Shown: in pieces, positions 1-11,668 of the stretch
How the letters are laid out: each line of letters opens with the position of its first letter
Numbering within the stretch: the stretch's first letter is position 1
DNA from: Candidatus Eiseniibacteriota bacterium
Lineage (GTDB): Bacteria > Eisenbacteria > RBG-16-71-46
Assembly: GCA_963776245.1 (NCBI GenBank)
Contig: CAVZLN010000005.1
Location: forward strand, 32,001-96,000
Direction: 5' to 3'
Length of the DNA: 64,000 nucleotides
Program-made: the position numbers and the translations under genes
Notes under the pieces: generated by a model
Databases searched by the model: none
Told to the model about the DNA's origin: nothing
Seen by the model: only the letters and a program-made list of their open reading frames with translations

Positions 1-837
1 CTCGAGCGTCGCGCTCACCGGCGCGAACCCGGGCGGCGGCGCGCCGGACGGGTCGTAGATGCGCGCGCGGTTGCGGCCCTCCACCAGCAGCGCCTGCGTG
101 ACCATGCGCTCGGCGCGCAGCCGCGGCAGGTCCTCCACGCCCACGGTGCCCTCGAAGATGTGCCCGCTGATGGCGGCGCGCGCCTCGCCCGGCGCGGTCA
201 GCGCCAGCAGCCGGCCGGCCCGGATCACGGCGAACCGCGGGCAGAGCACCGCGACGTCTTCCACGATGTGGGTCGAGAGCAGCACGATGCGATCCGCGGC
301 CAGTTCCGAGAGCAGGCGGTAGAAGCGCAGGCGCTCCTCCGGGTCGAGCCCGGCGGTCGGCTCGTCCACGATGATCAGCCGCGGGTCCCCCGCGATGGCC
401 TGCGCGATGCCGAGGCGCTGGCGCATGCCGCCCGAGTATCCCTTCACCGCGCGCTTCGCCGCGAAACCCAGGTTCACGCGCTCCAGCAGCTCGGCGACCA
501 GCTTCCGGCGGCCCTGCGGCGCCTCGACGCCCTTGAGCACCAGCAGGTGGTCGAGCATGGCCTCGCCGGTGAGGTGGGGATAGAAGCCGAACTCCTGCGG
601 CAGGTAGCCGAGGCGCGGCCACAGGCTCGCGGGGTCGCCGAGGATGTCCGCGCCGTCCAGCGTGACGGTGCCCGCGGTGGGCTCGAGCAGTCCGGCGATG
701 ATCTTCATGAGCGTGGACTTGCCGGCGCCGTTGGGTCCCAGCAGTCCGAACATGCCGGGGGGCACATCGAGGTCGATGCCGTTCAGCGCGGTCACCGCAC
801 CCGGGTAGACCTTGACCAGGCCACGGACGCTCAGCAT
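1..837 (-). CDS. ABC transporter ATP-binding protein (3' end runs off the window)
   Basis: Read by eye on the - strand: MLSVRGLVKVYPG..., Walker A GPNGAGKST, signature YSGGMRQR, Walker B IIVDEPTAGLDP; GAGGAGG RBS upstream. Confidence 0.9.
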   Translation of the reverse strand, partial: MLSVRGLVKVYPGAVTALNGIDLDVPPGMFGLLGPNGAGKSTLMKIIAGLLEPTAGTVTLDGADILGDPASLWPRLGYLPQEFGFYPHLTGEAMLDHLLVLKGVEAPQGRRKLVAELLERVNLGFAAKRAVKGYSGGMRQRLGIAQAIAGDPRLIIVDEPTAGLDPEERLRFYRLLSELAADRIVLLSTHIVEDVAVLCPRFAVIRAGRLLALTAPGEARAAISGHIFEGTVGVEDLPRLRAERMVTQALLVEGRNRARIYDPSGAPPPGFAPVSATLE

Positions 838-1002
838 GGGTTCCTCCTCGATGCGGATGCGGCTTGGGGATGGCGGCATGGGGCCGGGGACGCGCGGATC
901 CGCCGCCGGGGCGTGGACCACCGTGACCGAGTGCCCTACGTGAAGCGAGCGAGCGAAGTTGCGCATCCCGCGGGGCGGCTCTCGCCGCGGCCGCCCCGCG
1001 GG

Positions 1003-1284
1003 TCAGGCGACCGGGCGGTTGAACCTCAGCTTGCCCGCGAGCACCGCGCCCGCCAGCACCAGGCTGGCGACGTTCGCGAGCACCAGTGGCAGCGAACGGA
1101 TCAAGACGCCGTAGACGATCCACATCAGCACTCCGGCCACCAGGATCAGGTACATCGCCAGCGAGATGTCCTCGGCGGAGCGGGTCCGCCACACGCGGAC
1201 CACCTGGGGCACGAAGGCCAGCGTGGTGCAGGCGGCGGCGATGAATCCGATGACTTCGGCCAAATCGATCTCCGTGCCGGCCAT
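1003..1284 (-). CDS. SemiSWEET/PQ-loop sugar transporter
   Basis: 93 aa, 3 TM segments, TTLAFVPQV...TRSAEDIS motif. Confidence 0.9.
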   Translation of the reverse strand: MAGTEIDLAEVIGFIAAACTTLAFVPQVVRVWRTRSAEDISLAMYLILVAGVLMWIVYGVLIRSLPLVLANVASLVLAGAVLAGKLRFNRPVA

Positions 1285-1321
1285 GGACGGCGTTCCCTCG
1301 TTCGCGATCCCGCGGCGACCT

Positions 1322-4300
1322 CTACCGCGGCAGCGCCTTGAGCTCCCGCTGCTCGGCCTCCCACCAGAACGCGCCGCGCGGCCGCTTCCGCGGGGCGATC
1401 TCGTCCATCGTGGCGGCGTCGTACAGCCGGCCGTTCAGCATCACCTGGCGCACGCTCTCGGTGTTGCGGATGTCGGCGAGCGGGTCGCGGTCCATGACCA
1501 CCAGGTCGGCGAGCTTGCCCGGCTCGAGCGAGCCCAGGTCGCGGTCGTAGCCCAGGTACTGCGCCCCGCCGAGCGAGGCGCAGCGCAGCGCCTCGTGCGG
1601 CGTCATGCCGCCCTGCACCAGGCTCCAGATCTCCCAGTGCGCCCCCAGTCCCTCGCGCTGTCCGTGCGCGCCGATCTGCACGCCGACGCCGGCGCGGTGG
1701 AGCTTGGCGGCCTCCTCGGCGACGGTGATGTGGTTCCACTCGTCGTCCGGCGCCGTGACCGGGCGGCGCGCGCGCGCGTCGAGGATGCGGCGCGGCACGA
1801 ACGCCTGCAGGCGCTCGTCGGCCCACACCGGGGTCTTGGCGTACCAGTAGTGCTCGCCGTCGAGGCCGCCGTAGGCGACGTTGAAGGTCGGCGTGTAGCC
1901 CGACCCGGGTCTGGCTCCACAGCTGCACCACGTCGTCGTACACCCGCGCGATCGGGCAGCGCGTGCTCGACGCCGGTGTGACCGTCGATCACCATGGTCA
2001 TGTTGTGCGGGTACAGCGCGCCGCCCTCGGGCACCACGTTGACGTGCAGCTGGCGCGCGGCCTCGAGCACCTGCTGGCGCTGGTCGCGGCGCGGCTGGTT
2101 GTAGCTCTTCACGCTGGTGGCGCCGTAGGCCTGCATGCGGCGCAGGTGCATGAGCGCGTCGCCGAGGCTGTCCACGTCGGCGCGGATGTCGCCCTTGGCG
2201 CCGTAGAGGATGGTGCCGGTCGAGAAGATGCGCGGCGCCACGATCAGCCCGGCCCGCTGCATCTCGCCCTGGGTGAAGATCTCGCCCGAGTCGTTGGACG
2301 GATCGTGCAGCGTGGTGACGCCGAAGGCGAGCGAGGCGTAGTCGATCCACGACGTCTGCGGGATGATCTGGTCGGCGCCCATCCCGCCGTGCCAGTGCAC
2401 GTCCACGAAGCCGGGCACGATGGTCTTGCCCCGGGCGTCGATCACCGACGCGCCCGCCGGCACCGTCACCTTCGCGCGCGGGCCGATGGCGGCGATGCGG
2501 CCGCCGGTCACGACGATCGTCGCCGTCCTCGATGATCTCGTCGCCGCGCATGGTCACGAGGCGCGCGCCGGTGAGCGCGATGCTGCCCGCCGGCCGGTCG
2601 AGCGCGTAGTCGAAGCCGACGTCCTGGTGGCGCACCGGCGTGTCGGCGCAGCGAGTCGGGCGCCCCCGGCGCGAAGGTGAAGAGCTCCTTCAGCTCGCGC
2701 GTGCAGAGCTCCGGCCCCAGCGACCAGTGCAGCGCGCGCGAGTCGCCCGACCAGCCCGAGGTAGTCGCCGGCGTCCTTCGACACCAGCCGCACCGGGACG
2801 GTCTTGGCGCCCGGGCCCATGTCGATGGGGCTGCCCGGTGCGGGTGAAGGGCGCCACCCAGAGCCTTGTACTTCTCGCGGAAGGCGATCCACTTCTCGTC
2901 GGGCGAGAGCCGGGCCTCGGTGAAGTACACGCCCTTCAGGTGCGCGTGCTCGTGCGGCGCCGTCGAGGTCGATGCTGAACAGCGTGCGCTCGTCCTCGTC
3001 GGCGCCCGCGATGTCCACCAGGAACACGCGGTCGCTGGCGGCGCCGAAGTGCGGCCACTGCCCCTTGCGCGTGACCAGCCGCGACGCGCCGCCCGCCGCG
3101 GGCACGCGGAAGATGCCGGTCTCGCGCGACCACTCGGGCGAGAACAGGTAGCCGCCGCCCTCGGCGCGATAGACGATGGTCGCGCCGTCCGGCGAGAACA
3201 CCGGCTCGACGTAGTGCCCGGGCTGCTGCGTCACCACGCGGCCGGCGCCGCCGGCGGCCGGCACCACCCGCACCGTGCCGAGTTTCGCGTCGTCCCAGCC
3301 CACGTACACGATCGACCGGCCGTCGCGCGACCACGACGGGTAGAACTCCCAGTGGTCGGTCTGCGTGGTGAGCCGCTTCGGCATGCCGTTCGGCAACGCC
3401 TTCACGTACAGGTGGCCCATCGCCGAGTACACGACGCGGTCGCCCTGGGGCGACACGGTGACCCAGCGCAGCATGCGCGCGTGCATCGAGTCGGGCGCCA
3501 CCGCGACCGGGAAGCGCACCGCCTCGGACACGCGGCGCGCGTCCTTCACGTGGAACGGGATGTCGCGCACCGCGCGCGTCGCCACGTCGAGGCGATGGAT
3601 GCCGCCGCGGGCCCAGAACACCAGCGCGCGCGAGTCGGGCGTCCACGCCATGCCCGGATAGACGCCGTGCACCGCCCAGACCTCCTGCAGGTCGCGATCG
3701 AGCTGGGCGTCGAGCGGGCGCTCGGCCCCCGACGTCGACGTCGGCGACGTAGAGCACGCTCTGTCCGCGCACGCGGCGGATGAACGCCACGCTCTTGCCG
3801 TCGGGGGAAGGCGTCGGGCGGATCGAGCCGCCGGGACCGCCGAGGAACGTGGTGATCTCGCCGCTCTCGCGGTCGAGACGCTGGATCGACGTAGATCTGG
3901 GTGTTGCAGTCCTTGTTGTACTCGAACGTGCGGCCCGGCGGTCGCGTCCATGCTCCAGTAGAGGTACCTGCCGTCGGGCGAGAACGCGGGCTCGCCCTCG
4001 TCCTTCTGGTCGGTGCGGCGCTTGGTCATCTGCATGCCGTCGCCGCCGGTCCAGTGGTAGAGCCAGATCTCGCCCGCGCCCGCCGAGCGCGTCGAGGTGA
4101 AGTGCTTGCGCGCCGCGATGTACTCGCCGTCCGGGCGTCCACGCCGGGCTGTTGAGCAGCCGGTAGGTCTCCTTCGTGACCTGGCGCGGGTGCGAGCCGT
4201 CGCGGTCGATGATCCAGATGTTGTCGCCGCCGGCGCGGTCGCTGGTGAACGCGATGCGCCGTCCGTCGGGGCTGAAGCGCGGCTGCTCGTCCCACGCCAG

Positions 4301-4669
4301 GCCGCTGGTGAGCGCCCTCGCCTCGCCGCCCTCGATCGGGATCAGGTAGAGGTCGCCCAGCAGGTCGAACACGATCTGCTTGCCGTCCGGGCTGACGTCC
4401 ACGCTCATCCAGGTGCCCTGCTTCACGTCGAGGGTCACGTCATGGTGCGGCCCGGGAGGATCCGTCACGTCCCACTTGGCATCGGGTGACACCGTGGGCG
4501 CGTTCGCGCCCGAGGAGGCGGGCAGGATGGCCGAGGGCCCGAGCGCGCCGGGCCCGCCGTGATCGCCGTCCGCGCGAGCGTCGAGGGCGACGCACACGAG
4601 CGACACCAGCAGGGCGCACGCGGCGAGCGCGGCGGGGAAGCGATCGGGACGATGCACGCGGGTCTTCAT
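1322..4669 (-). CDS. Secreted TolB/PD40 beta-propeller plus amidohydrolase fusion; multiple frameshifts (probably sequencing errors)
   Basis: Signal peptide; SPDG repeats in ORFs 2936..4786 and 2554..4035; PGFVDVHWH in 1603..2511; GSLEPGKLADLVV in 1322..2635. Confidence 0.8.
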
Positions 4670-4824
4670 CGGGGAGCCTCGCTGGGACGGGACCGGGGCC
4701 GGATCGGATGCCGCCGGGCACGATACACGAGCCCGCGGCCGCCGCGGGGACCAGGTGCGCGGCGCGCGGACGGGCGCGCCATCCATGGGGACGAGCGCGT
4801 GGTCCGTGGCCGCCCGCGGGGCGC

Positions 4825-5820
4825 TCAGCGCGCGCGCGCCGCCGCGGCCGCTTCAGCCATGCGCCCGACGATCTCGCCGGCCGGCTCGATCGCGTGGATG
4901 TCGCGCACACTCCTGCCCGCCTGCCAGAAGTCGAGCCGGCCGCTGGGGTCGAGCGACGCGCGCTTGAGCCGCCACGCCGAGCGCAGCGCGTAGAGCCCGC
5001 GCATCCAGTGGCGCGTGCGCCGCCCGCGCAGCAGCCAGCGCGCGAGCGGACCGGCCTCGAGCCCTTCGCGCCGCACGGTCGGAGTGGCGAGCACCGCGAC
5101 CGGCACCCCGGTGATGCGCCGGGTGAGCACCACGTCGTCCTCGCCGGCCGCGACGATGGCCGCCTTGTAGGCGTCGCTGGCGCGGCACTCCGGGGTCGCG
5201 ATGAAGCGCGTGCCCATCTGCACGCCGGCGTACCCGAGCGCCAGCGCGCGCACGAACCCGGCCCCGTCGCTCACGCCGCCGGCGCACAGCACCGGCAGGC
5301 CGAACGGCGCCAGCTCCCCGATGAGCGCCTCGGCGGTGCGCGGACCGGCGTGCCCGCCCGCCCGCGCGTTCACCGCGACCAGCCCGTGCACGCCGCCCTC
5401 GTGCGCCTTCGCGGCCCACTTGCTCTCGGTCACGTCGTGGTAGACGACCCCGCCCAGCGGCCGCACGCGCTCCACCACCCAGCGCGGATTGCCGAGCGAG
5501 GTGACGAAGAAGCGCACCCCTTCCTCGAGCGCCACGTCCACCCACTCGCGCATCTGCCGTTCGTAGCGGCGCGAGGTCTTCTCGATCAGCGCGTTCATGC
5601 CGATGGGCCGGTCGGTGAGCCGGCGGATGAGCCGCAGGCCGGCGCGGAAGTCGTGCCCGTGCACGTAGGTCATCGAGATCGGCTGGACCACGCCGATGCC
5701 GCCGGCCGCGGACACCGCGGCCACCAGTTCGGGATTGCTGCACGGGTACATCGCGCCGCACACGATCGGCACCTCGATGCCCACCTGGCGGGTGAATGCG
5801 GTCTCCACCCGTGGGGTCAC
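4825..5820 (-). CDS. Nitronate monooxygenase/FabK-like flavin oxidoreductase
   Basis: [21 protein letters not shown] motifs; GTG start overlaps the upstream stop. Confidence 0.85.
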   Translation of the reverse strand: MTPRVETAFTRQVGIEVPIVCGAMYPCSNPELVAAVSAAGGIGVVQPISMTYVHGHDFRAGLRLIRRLTDRPIGMNALIEKTSRRYERQMREWVDVALEEGVRFFVTSLGNPRWVVERVRPLGGVVYHDVTESKWAAKAHEGGVHGLVAVNARAGGHAGPRTAEALIGELAPFGLPVLCAGGVSDGAGFVRALALGYAGVQMGTRFIATPECRASDAYKAAIVAAGEDDVVLTRRITGVPVAVLATPTVRREGLEAGPLARWLLRGRRTRHWMRGLYALRSAWRLKRASLDPSGRLDFWQAGRSVRDIHAIEPAGEIVGRMAEAAAAARAR

Positions 5821-6302
5821 GCGACCACCCGGTCGAGCAGCCAGCGCACGGTGACGCGCGCGACCGGTTCGCCCGAGGCGTCGCGGATCTCGGCGACCAC
5901 GAGATGCTCGGTCGGGCCGTTCACCTCGGGCAGTCCCGCGCGGCACTCCGCCACCAGCACCCCGCGCGCCTTCTTGAGGTACTCGGTCGAGAGCGTGGTG
6001 ACGATGCCCCGCATCCCGGCGGGCAGTCCGGACAGCATGGCGAGCCCGCTGGTGAGCTCGCCGAGGTTCGCGAGCGCCACCGCGTGCACCGAGCGCAGGT
6101 GGTTCCGCACCGCGCCGCGCTCGCGCAGCGTGAGGCGCGCGTATCCGGGCGTGAGCTCGGCGACGCGCGCCCCCAGAGCACCGCTGTAGGGCGCGGTGAA
6201 GCGCAGGAGCAGGTTGAACGCCCACGCGCCGCCCGGCAGCGGCGCCAGCCGCCGCCACATCCCGAGCAGCAGGGTACCCGGTGCCTCGAGCGCGCGGGCC
6301 AT
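5817..6302 (-). CDS. Hotdog-fold thioesterase (PaaI/DUF4442-like)
   Basis: APYSGALG...[16 protein letters not shown]...EYLKKARG. Confidence 0.8.
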   Translation of the reverse strand: MARALEAPGTLLLGMWRRLAPLPGGAWAFNLLLRFTAPYSGALGARVAELTPGYARLTLRERGAVRNHLRSVHAVALANLGELTSGLAMLSGLPAGMRGIVTTLSTEYLKKARGVLVAECRAGLPEVNGPTEHLVVAEIRDASGEPVARVTVRWLLDRVVA

Positions 6303-6485
6303 GGGCGGACACTCTAGGTGATATCCAGTGCTTCGGCATCCAGCGACGGGCAGCATCCGTCGCCGGGTGTCAGCAGCCACGAAGGGTCGCGACCTTGGCG
6401 CCTCCCCGCGAGGCGGGAGTAGAGTGCCAACAGTCCAGACTCGAAGTGCGCCTACGGTACTTCTCCTGCTCCTGGGAGGCCGCGC

Positions 6486-8987
6486 TTGACGCCGGAACAG
6501 CCGCTCCGCTCCCTCGCCCGGGTGCTCATCCTGCTCGTCCTCGCGCTTGCGGTGCCGAATGCAGCCCTTGGCCGGGCGGCTCCGGATCAGACGGAGTTGG
6601 CGCGCGAGGCGCGCGCGAGACTGGCGCAGGCCGCCGAGGACTCGGGGCTCGCCCCGTGGCAGCGCGATCTCATGCTGAGTTTGGCTCGCACGGGCACGAC
6701 TGGCGCGCTCGATCCTCCAGCGGCCGATCTCCGTGCCGCAGCGCCCGCGCTCGCGTCGGGAGCCGCGGACAGTGCGTGGAGTCGACTGGCGCCCAGCGCA
6801 CGGTACTGCCACAGCGCGATCTACGATGCGGTTCGCAACTGCATGGTGGTGTTCGGGGGCTACGAGGAATCCTTCGACTCCGGCGGCGGCTGGGAGCTGT
6901 CGCTGGCGGCCCCGGACGTCTGGGAGTTGTCGCTTGGGGACGTGCCGGCCTGGACGCCGCTGACTCCCGTGGGCACCCCGCCGAGCGCTCGGCAAGGTCA
7001 AAGCGCGATCTTCGATCCGGTGCGCGATCGCATGCTGGTGTTCGGGGGCTCCTCAGCCTCGGGCCTCTTCAACGACGTCTGGGCGCTGTCGCTGGGAGAC
7101 GGGCCCACCTGGACGCAGTTGACTCCCTCGGGCGTGCCGCCGAGCGCGCGGACCTTGCACAGTGCGATCTACGATCCGGTGCGCGACCACATGGTGGTGT
7201 TCGGCGGCTACGCCGAATCCGGCCGCCTCAACGACGTCTGGGAGTTGTCCCTGGCGGGCACGCCAGCCTGGATGCCGCTGACTCCCTCGGGCGCCCCGCC
7301 GAGCGCGCGGTACTTGCACAGCGCGATCTACGACCCCGTGCGCGACCGCATCGTCGCGTTCGGGGGTTCTTCAGGCTCCGGCTTCGTCAACGATATCTGG
7401 GCGCTGTCCCTGGCGGGGACACCGGCCTGGACGCCGCTGACTCCCTCGGGCACTGCGCCAAGTGCACGGTACGGCCACTGCACGATCTACGACCCCGTGC
7501 GCGACCGCATGGTGGTGTTCGGGGGCTACTCGGACAACTACATCAACGACGTGTGGGCGCTGTCGCTGGCGGGCACGCCGGCCTGGACGCCGCAGACTCC
7601 CCCGGGCACCCCGCAGAGCGGGCGGGCCTTGCACAGCGCGATCTACGACCCGGTGCGCGACCGCATCGTGGCGTTCGGGGGCCATTCGGGCTACTCCTTC
7701 CTCAGTGATGTCCAGGCGCTGTCGCTGGCGGGCGCGCCCGCTTGGGCGCAGTTGGCCACCCCGCCGATGGGGCGGTACGCCCATAGCGCGATCTACGATC
7801 CGGTGCGTGACCGCATGGTGGTGTTCGGGGGCCACTCGGATAACTTCGACCTCAACGACACTTGGACTCTGTCGCTGGCGGGGACACAGGCGTGGGCGCA
7901 GCTGACACCCTCCGGTACCCCGCCGAGCGGGCGGGGAGGCCACAGCGCGATCTACGATCCGGTGCGCGACCGCATGCTGGTGTTCGGGGGCAGTCCAGAC
8001 TCGGGCATCCTCAATGACGTCTGGGCGCTGTCGCTGGGGGACGTGCCAGCCTGGACGCCGTTGACTCCCTCGGGCACCCCGCCGAGCGCGCGGTACGCGC
8101 AAAGCGCGATCTACGACCCGGTGCGCGACCGCATGGTGGTGTTCGGGGGCTACTCGGGCTCCACCTTCCTCAACGACGCCTGGGTGCTGTCGCTGGCGGG
8201 GACACCGGCCTGGACGCAGCTGACTCCCTCGGGCCCCACGCCAGATGCACGGATTCGCCCCAGCGTGATCTACGACCCGGTGCGCGACCGCCTCGTCGTG
8301 TTCGGGGGCTCTCCAGGCTTCGGCTTTGTCAACGATATCTGGGCGCTGTCGCTGGCGGGGACACCGGCCTGGACGCAGCTGACTCCCCCGGGAATTGCGC
8401 CGGAAGCGCGGTGGGGCCCCAGCGCCATCTACGACCCGGTGTGCGACGGCATGGTGGTGTTCGGGGGTGCCTCATACTCGGGCCTCCTCAGCGACGTCTG
8501 GACGCTCTCGCTGGCGGGCCCGCCGGCCTGGACGCAGCTGACTCCCTCGGGCACCACGCCCAACGCACGTTTCGACACGAGCGTGATCTACGATCCGGTG
8601 CGAGACCACATGGTGGTGTTCGGAGGGCATTGGTGGGCTTACTACGTCAATGACGTCTGGACGCTGGGCTTCGTCCGCCCCGACGCCACCGGCGTAGAGC
8701 CGCAGCCGCTCATCAGTGGCCTGCGACCGCCCGCGCCGAATCCCACTCGGGCAACGGCAGCGGTGAGCTACACCCTCGCGCACGCGGGCCACGTCCAGCT
8801 CGGCGTCTACGATGTGTGCGGGCGGCTGGTGCACCAGCTCGTGGATGGTGAGCGACCTGCTGGAGTCGAGACGGTGGTGTGGAACGGGATGGACGAGTCA
8901 GGCGCCAGGCCGGGCGCCGGCGTGTACTTCGTCCGGCTGGCGGGGTCCGGGCTCCGCGAGACGCGCAGAGTGATCCTGCTGCGATAA
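6486..8987 (+). CDS. Secreted Kelch-repeat protein (12 repeats) with C-terminal FlgD-Ig/T9SS-type domain
   Basis: Signal peptide; 12 copies of [16 protein letters not shown]...NDVWALSL; C-terminal PAPNP...VYDVCGRLV...GVYFVRL. Confidence 0.9.
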   Translation: MTPEQPLRSLARVLILLVLALAVPNAALGRAAPDQTELAREARARLAQAAEDSGLAPWQRDLMLSLARTGTTGALDPPAADLRAAAPALASGAADSAWSRLAPSARYCHSAIYDAVRNCMVVFGGYEESFDSGGGWELSLAAPDVWELSLGDVPAWTPLTPVGTPPSARQGQSAIFDPVRDRMLVFGGSSASGLFNDVWALSLGDGPTWTQLTPSGVPPSARTLHSAIYDPVRDHMVVFGGYAESGRLNDVWELSLAGTPAWMPLTPSGAPPSARYLHSAIYDPVRDRIVAFGGSSGSGFVNDIWALSLAGTPAWTPLTPSGTAPSARYGHCTIYDPVRDRMVVFGGYSDNYINDVWALSLAGTPAWTPQTPPGTPQSGRALHSAIYDPVRDRIVAFGGHSGYSFLSDVQALSLAGAPAWAQLATPPMGRYAHSAIYDPVRDRMVVFGGHSDNFDLNDTWTLSLAGTQAWAQLTPSGTPPSGRGGHSAIYDPVRDRMLVFGGSPDSGILNDVWALSLGDVPAWTPLTPSGTPPSARYAQSAIYDPVRDRMVVFGGYSGSTFLNDAWVLSLAGTPAWTQLTPSGPTPDARIRPSVIYDPVRDRLVVFGGSPGFGFVNDIWALSLAGTPAWTQLTPPGIAPEARWGPSAIYDPVCDGMVVFGGASYSGLLSDVWTLSLAGPPAWTQLTPSGTTPNARFDTSVIYDPVRDHMVVFGGHWWAYYVNDVWTLGFVRPDATGVEPQPLISGLRPPAPNPTRATAAVSYTLAHAGHVQLGVYDVCGRLVHQLVDGERPAGVETVVWNGMDESGARPGAGVYFVRLAGSGLRETRRVILLR
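6790..8670 (+). repeat. Intragenic tandem repeat, unit about 159 nt, 12 copies (Kelch blades)
   Basis: Recurring gcgatctacgacccggtgcgcgaccgcatggtggtgttcgggggc. Confidence 0.9.
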
Positions 8988-9115
8988 GGGCGATCGTGCC
9001 CCCATGAAGTCCTGCCATGAGTCGACGTCGATGCCGACTCATGGCGCTGGACACGCAGGTGACCGACCGGTCACGCGGCAGTACCCACATCACGGCATGC
9101 CGCGCGTTCTCGCTC

Positions 9116-10960
9116 TCAGGGCGTCCAGACCAGCCGCTGGCCGCGGGTCCCCCACGGCGTCGCGAGCCGCACGAAGTAGAGCCCCGCCCCCACGCGTCCG
9201 CCGCCGTCCGCGCGGCCGTCCCAGCGATAGGTGTGCGCGCCGGCCGAAAGCGACCCGCCGGTGCTCCACACGCGCCGCCCCGCGAGATCGAGGATCTCGA
9301 GGCGCGCCGCGCCCGCTGCCGGGAGGGTGAAGCCGAGCGCGACGGTCTCGCGGCCGGGGTTCGGCTGCGGGCGCGCCAGCATCAGCCCGGCCGGGCCTCC
9401 ACGGCCCACCCCCGCGGGATCGATCAGGCGGAACAGGGTGTCGCTGGCGACGCTCGCCTCGTTGAGCGCGGGATCGAACGCGGTGATCCGCACCAGCGCG
9501 CTGTCGCTGACCTGATCGGGCAGCGTCCACGAGGTCGAGCCGGTGTTGCCGAGGCCGTGCGCCACAGCCAGCCACGGCCCCGCGGGGCCCGAGAGCGAGT
9601 AGTCCACGTTCACCGAGTCCACGCCCACGCTGTCGGTCGCCACCCAGGTGACGCTCTGGGTGCTGCCCTTCGGCCACGTCTCGCCGCCGAGCGGCGAGGT
9701 CAGCGCCACCGCGGGCGCCGTGACGTCCACCGGCCGCACCAGCGTGACCGAGTCGATCGCCACTCCCAACGAGGTGATCGCCTTGAGGCGCAGCGTGCCG
9801 CCCTCGATGTCGATGGTGCAGAACTCGTTCACCGCCTGGGCGAACACCACGTTCGCGGCCGGCAGCACCGGCGCCACCAGCGGGGCGCCGCCGCCACCGG
9901 TGGTGACGTGCTGGACGCCGTTCACCACGGCGCGCGCGTAGTAGTGGTTGTGCCCGCAGAACACGATGGACACGTCGTACAGCTCGCACAGCGGCTGGAT
10001 GAGGGTCTGCACCGCGGTGTTGTTCGCGTGCCCGCCGCCCGCCGACCAGCCGGGCTCGTGCAGCAGCACGATCTTCCACGGCTTGGTGCTGGCCGCGAGG
10101 TCGGCGGCGAGCCACAGCAACTGCGCGGACCCCGCGCCGTAGGCGGTGTACTGGTCGAGCACCGCGACGTGGACGGGGCCGTAGTCGAACGACCAGTAGC
10201 GCCCGGCAACGAACGGATAGGGGAAGTACTTCACGTAGAGATCGCCGATGCCCTCGTGGTTCCCCATGGTCCCGAAGTAGGGCACGGTGGCCATCAACTT
10301 GCGCACGTCGGCGAGCGTGGGGCTGAAGAACTGGGAGAGCCAGTCGCCCTCGCTGGTGCCGGTGGTGACGTAGTCCCCCATGAACAGCGTGAAGGTCTGG
10401 CGCGCCGGGTCCGCCGTGACCGCCGAGTTCATGGCGCGCGCCACTGCGTTGTGGACGTCGGCGTACGTGCGCGTGTCGCCGTAGGCCAGGAACTTGAGGT
10501 TCTTGGCTCCGCGGGAAGGCGCGGCGATGAACGAGCCGCCGTGGGTGACGCCGTAGGTGATGACGCGGTACAGGTAGCGCGTGCCCGGCGTGAGCCCGGT
10601 GATGGTGTAGGTGTGCTGGTTGTCGGGCCCGTACGCCGAGGTCACCACGCTGCCGAGCGAGTAGGTGGAGTCGGTGCCCCACTGCAGGTTGGACGTCCAC
10701 GCGGTGGAGAGCTGCCACAGCACCTGCATCTGGGTCGGGTCACCGCGATAGATGAGGTAGGGCTCCTTGCGAGCGAGGTCCACCATCGCTTCGCTCGGCC
10801 CGGCGGGCACCGCCACCGCCGCGGCCGGTCGCACGCCCATCCACCCCAGCACCACCACCAACACCCACAGGGGACGGAGTCCCCGCGCATTCGATCTCGC
10901 CGTCACGGCGTTCCTCACGGTCTCCCTGGACGGTCGCGCCGATCCGTCCGCTCCGCCCAT
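9116..10960 (-). CDS. Secreted purple acid phosphatase-like metallophosphoesterase with FN3, Ig-like and FlgD-Ig tail (start uncertain)
   Basis: YGD, GDYV, GNHE, LLHEP, GHNH motifs; PQPNP...LDLAGRRV...GLYFVRL tail. Confidence 0.85.
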   Translation of the reverse strand: MGGADGSARPSRETVRNAVTARSNARGLRPLWVLVVVLGWMGVRPAAAVAVPAGPSEAMVDLARKEPYLIYRGDPTQMQVLWQLSTAWTSNLQWGTDSTYSLGSVVTSAYGPDNQHTYTITGLTPGTRYLYRVITYGVTHGGSFIAAPSRGAKNLKFLAYGDTRTYADVHNAVARAMNSAVTADPARQTFTLFMGDYVTTGTSEGDWLSQFFSPTLADVRKLMATVPYFGTMGNHEGIGDLYVKYFPYPFVAGRYWSFDYGPVHVAVLDQYTAYGAGSAQLLWLAADLAASTKPWKIVLLHEPGWSAGGGHANNTAVQTLIQPLCELYDVSIVFCGHNHYYARAVVNGVQHVTTGGGGAPLVAPVLPAANVVFAQAVNEFCTIDIEGGTLRLKAITSLGVAIDSVTLVRPVDVTAPAVALTSPLGGETWPKGSTQSVTWVATDSVGVDSVNVDYSLSGPAGPWLAVAHGLGNTGSTSWTLPDQVSDSALVRITAFDPALNEASVASDTLFRLIDPAGVGRGGPAGLMLARPQPNPGRETVALGFTLPAAGAARLEILDLAGRRVWSTGGSLSAGAHTYRWDGRADGGGRVGAGLYFVRLATPWGTRGQRLVWTP

Positions 10961-11165
10961 GGCGATGGCCGGATCCGATCACCCCGGGGTCATGCGCGGC
11001 GGTGAAGAGACACCGCGGGCAGCATGGACACCTTCTCGATCGTGGACGAGTTGGCGGGCGCGGTCAGGGGTAGGGTCTCGACTCGGGGGGGACAGCCTGA
11101 GGGCCGTCGTCCCTCAAGCATAGGCCCCGGAGCGGGATCCCCACAATGGGGAGCCCAGGGGCGGC

Positions 11166-11654
11166 CTACTCCAGCCCGGGAGACGGGTCGGCCGGGGCCC
11201 GCCGCTTCCGGCGGAAGAACTCGCGCAGCAGCTCGCCGCATTCCGCGGCGAGCAGGCCGCTGGTGACGTCCACGCGGTGGTTGAGGCGCGGCTCGTGGAT
11301 GACGTCGGTCACCGAGCCGCAGCCGCCCGCCTTGGGATCGAACGCTCCGTACACCAGCCGCCCGAGCCGCGCGAGCACGATGGCCCCGGCGCACATCGAG
11401 CACGGCTCGAGGGTGACGTAGAGCGTGCACTCGTGAAGCCGCCACGAGTGGAGCGCGTTCGAGGCCGCGCCGATGGCGAGGATCTCGGCGTGCGCGGTGG
11501 CGTCGTGCAGGCCCTCGACCTGGTTGTGCCCGCGGCCGATCACGCTGCCCTCGTGCACGATCACGCAGCCCACCGGCACCTCGTCGGCGGCCTCCGACAG
11601 GCGCGCCTCGCGGAGCGCGGCCTGCATGCCCTGCTCGTCGTCGCGGATCAGCAC
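11166..11654 (-). CDS. tadA: tRNA adenosine(34) deaminase
   Basis: EVPVG, HAE, TLEPCSMC, DPKAGGCGS, LNH motifs. Confidence 0.93.
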   Translation of the reverse strand: MLIRDDEQGMQAALREARLSEAADEVPVGCVIVHEGSVIGRGHNQVEGLHDATAHAEILAIGAASNALHSWRLHECTLYVTLEPCSMCAGAIVLARLGRLVYGAFDPKAGGCGSVTDVIHEPRLNHRVDVTSGLLAAECGELLREFFRRKRRAPADPSPGLE

Positions 11655-11668
11655 CGGTCGGCGCGGGG

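Noticed and set aside
6790..8670. Repeats as a CRISPR array or DGR target
   Set aside because: They are in-frame coding repeats without unique spacers; no cas genes, reverse transcriptase or template repeat in the window
10961..11165. Hairpin-containing intergenic region after tadA as ffs or 6S RNA
   Set aside because: Only short stems; no SRP or 6S signature on either strand
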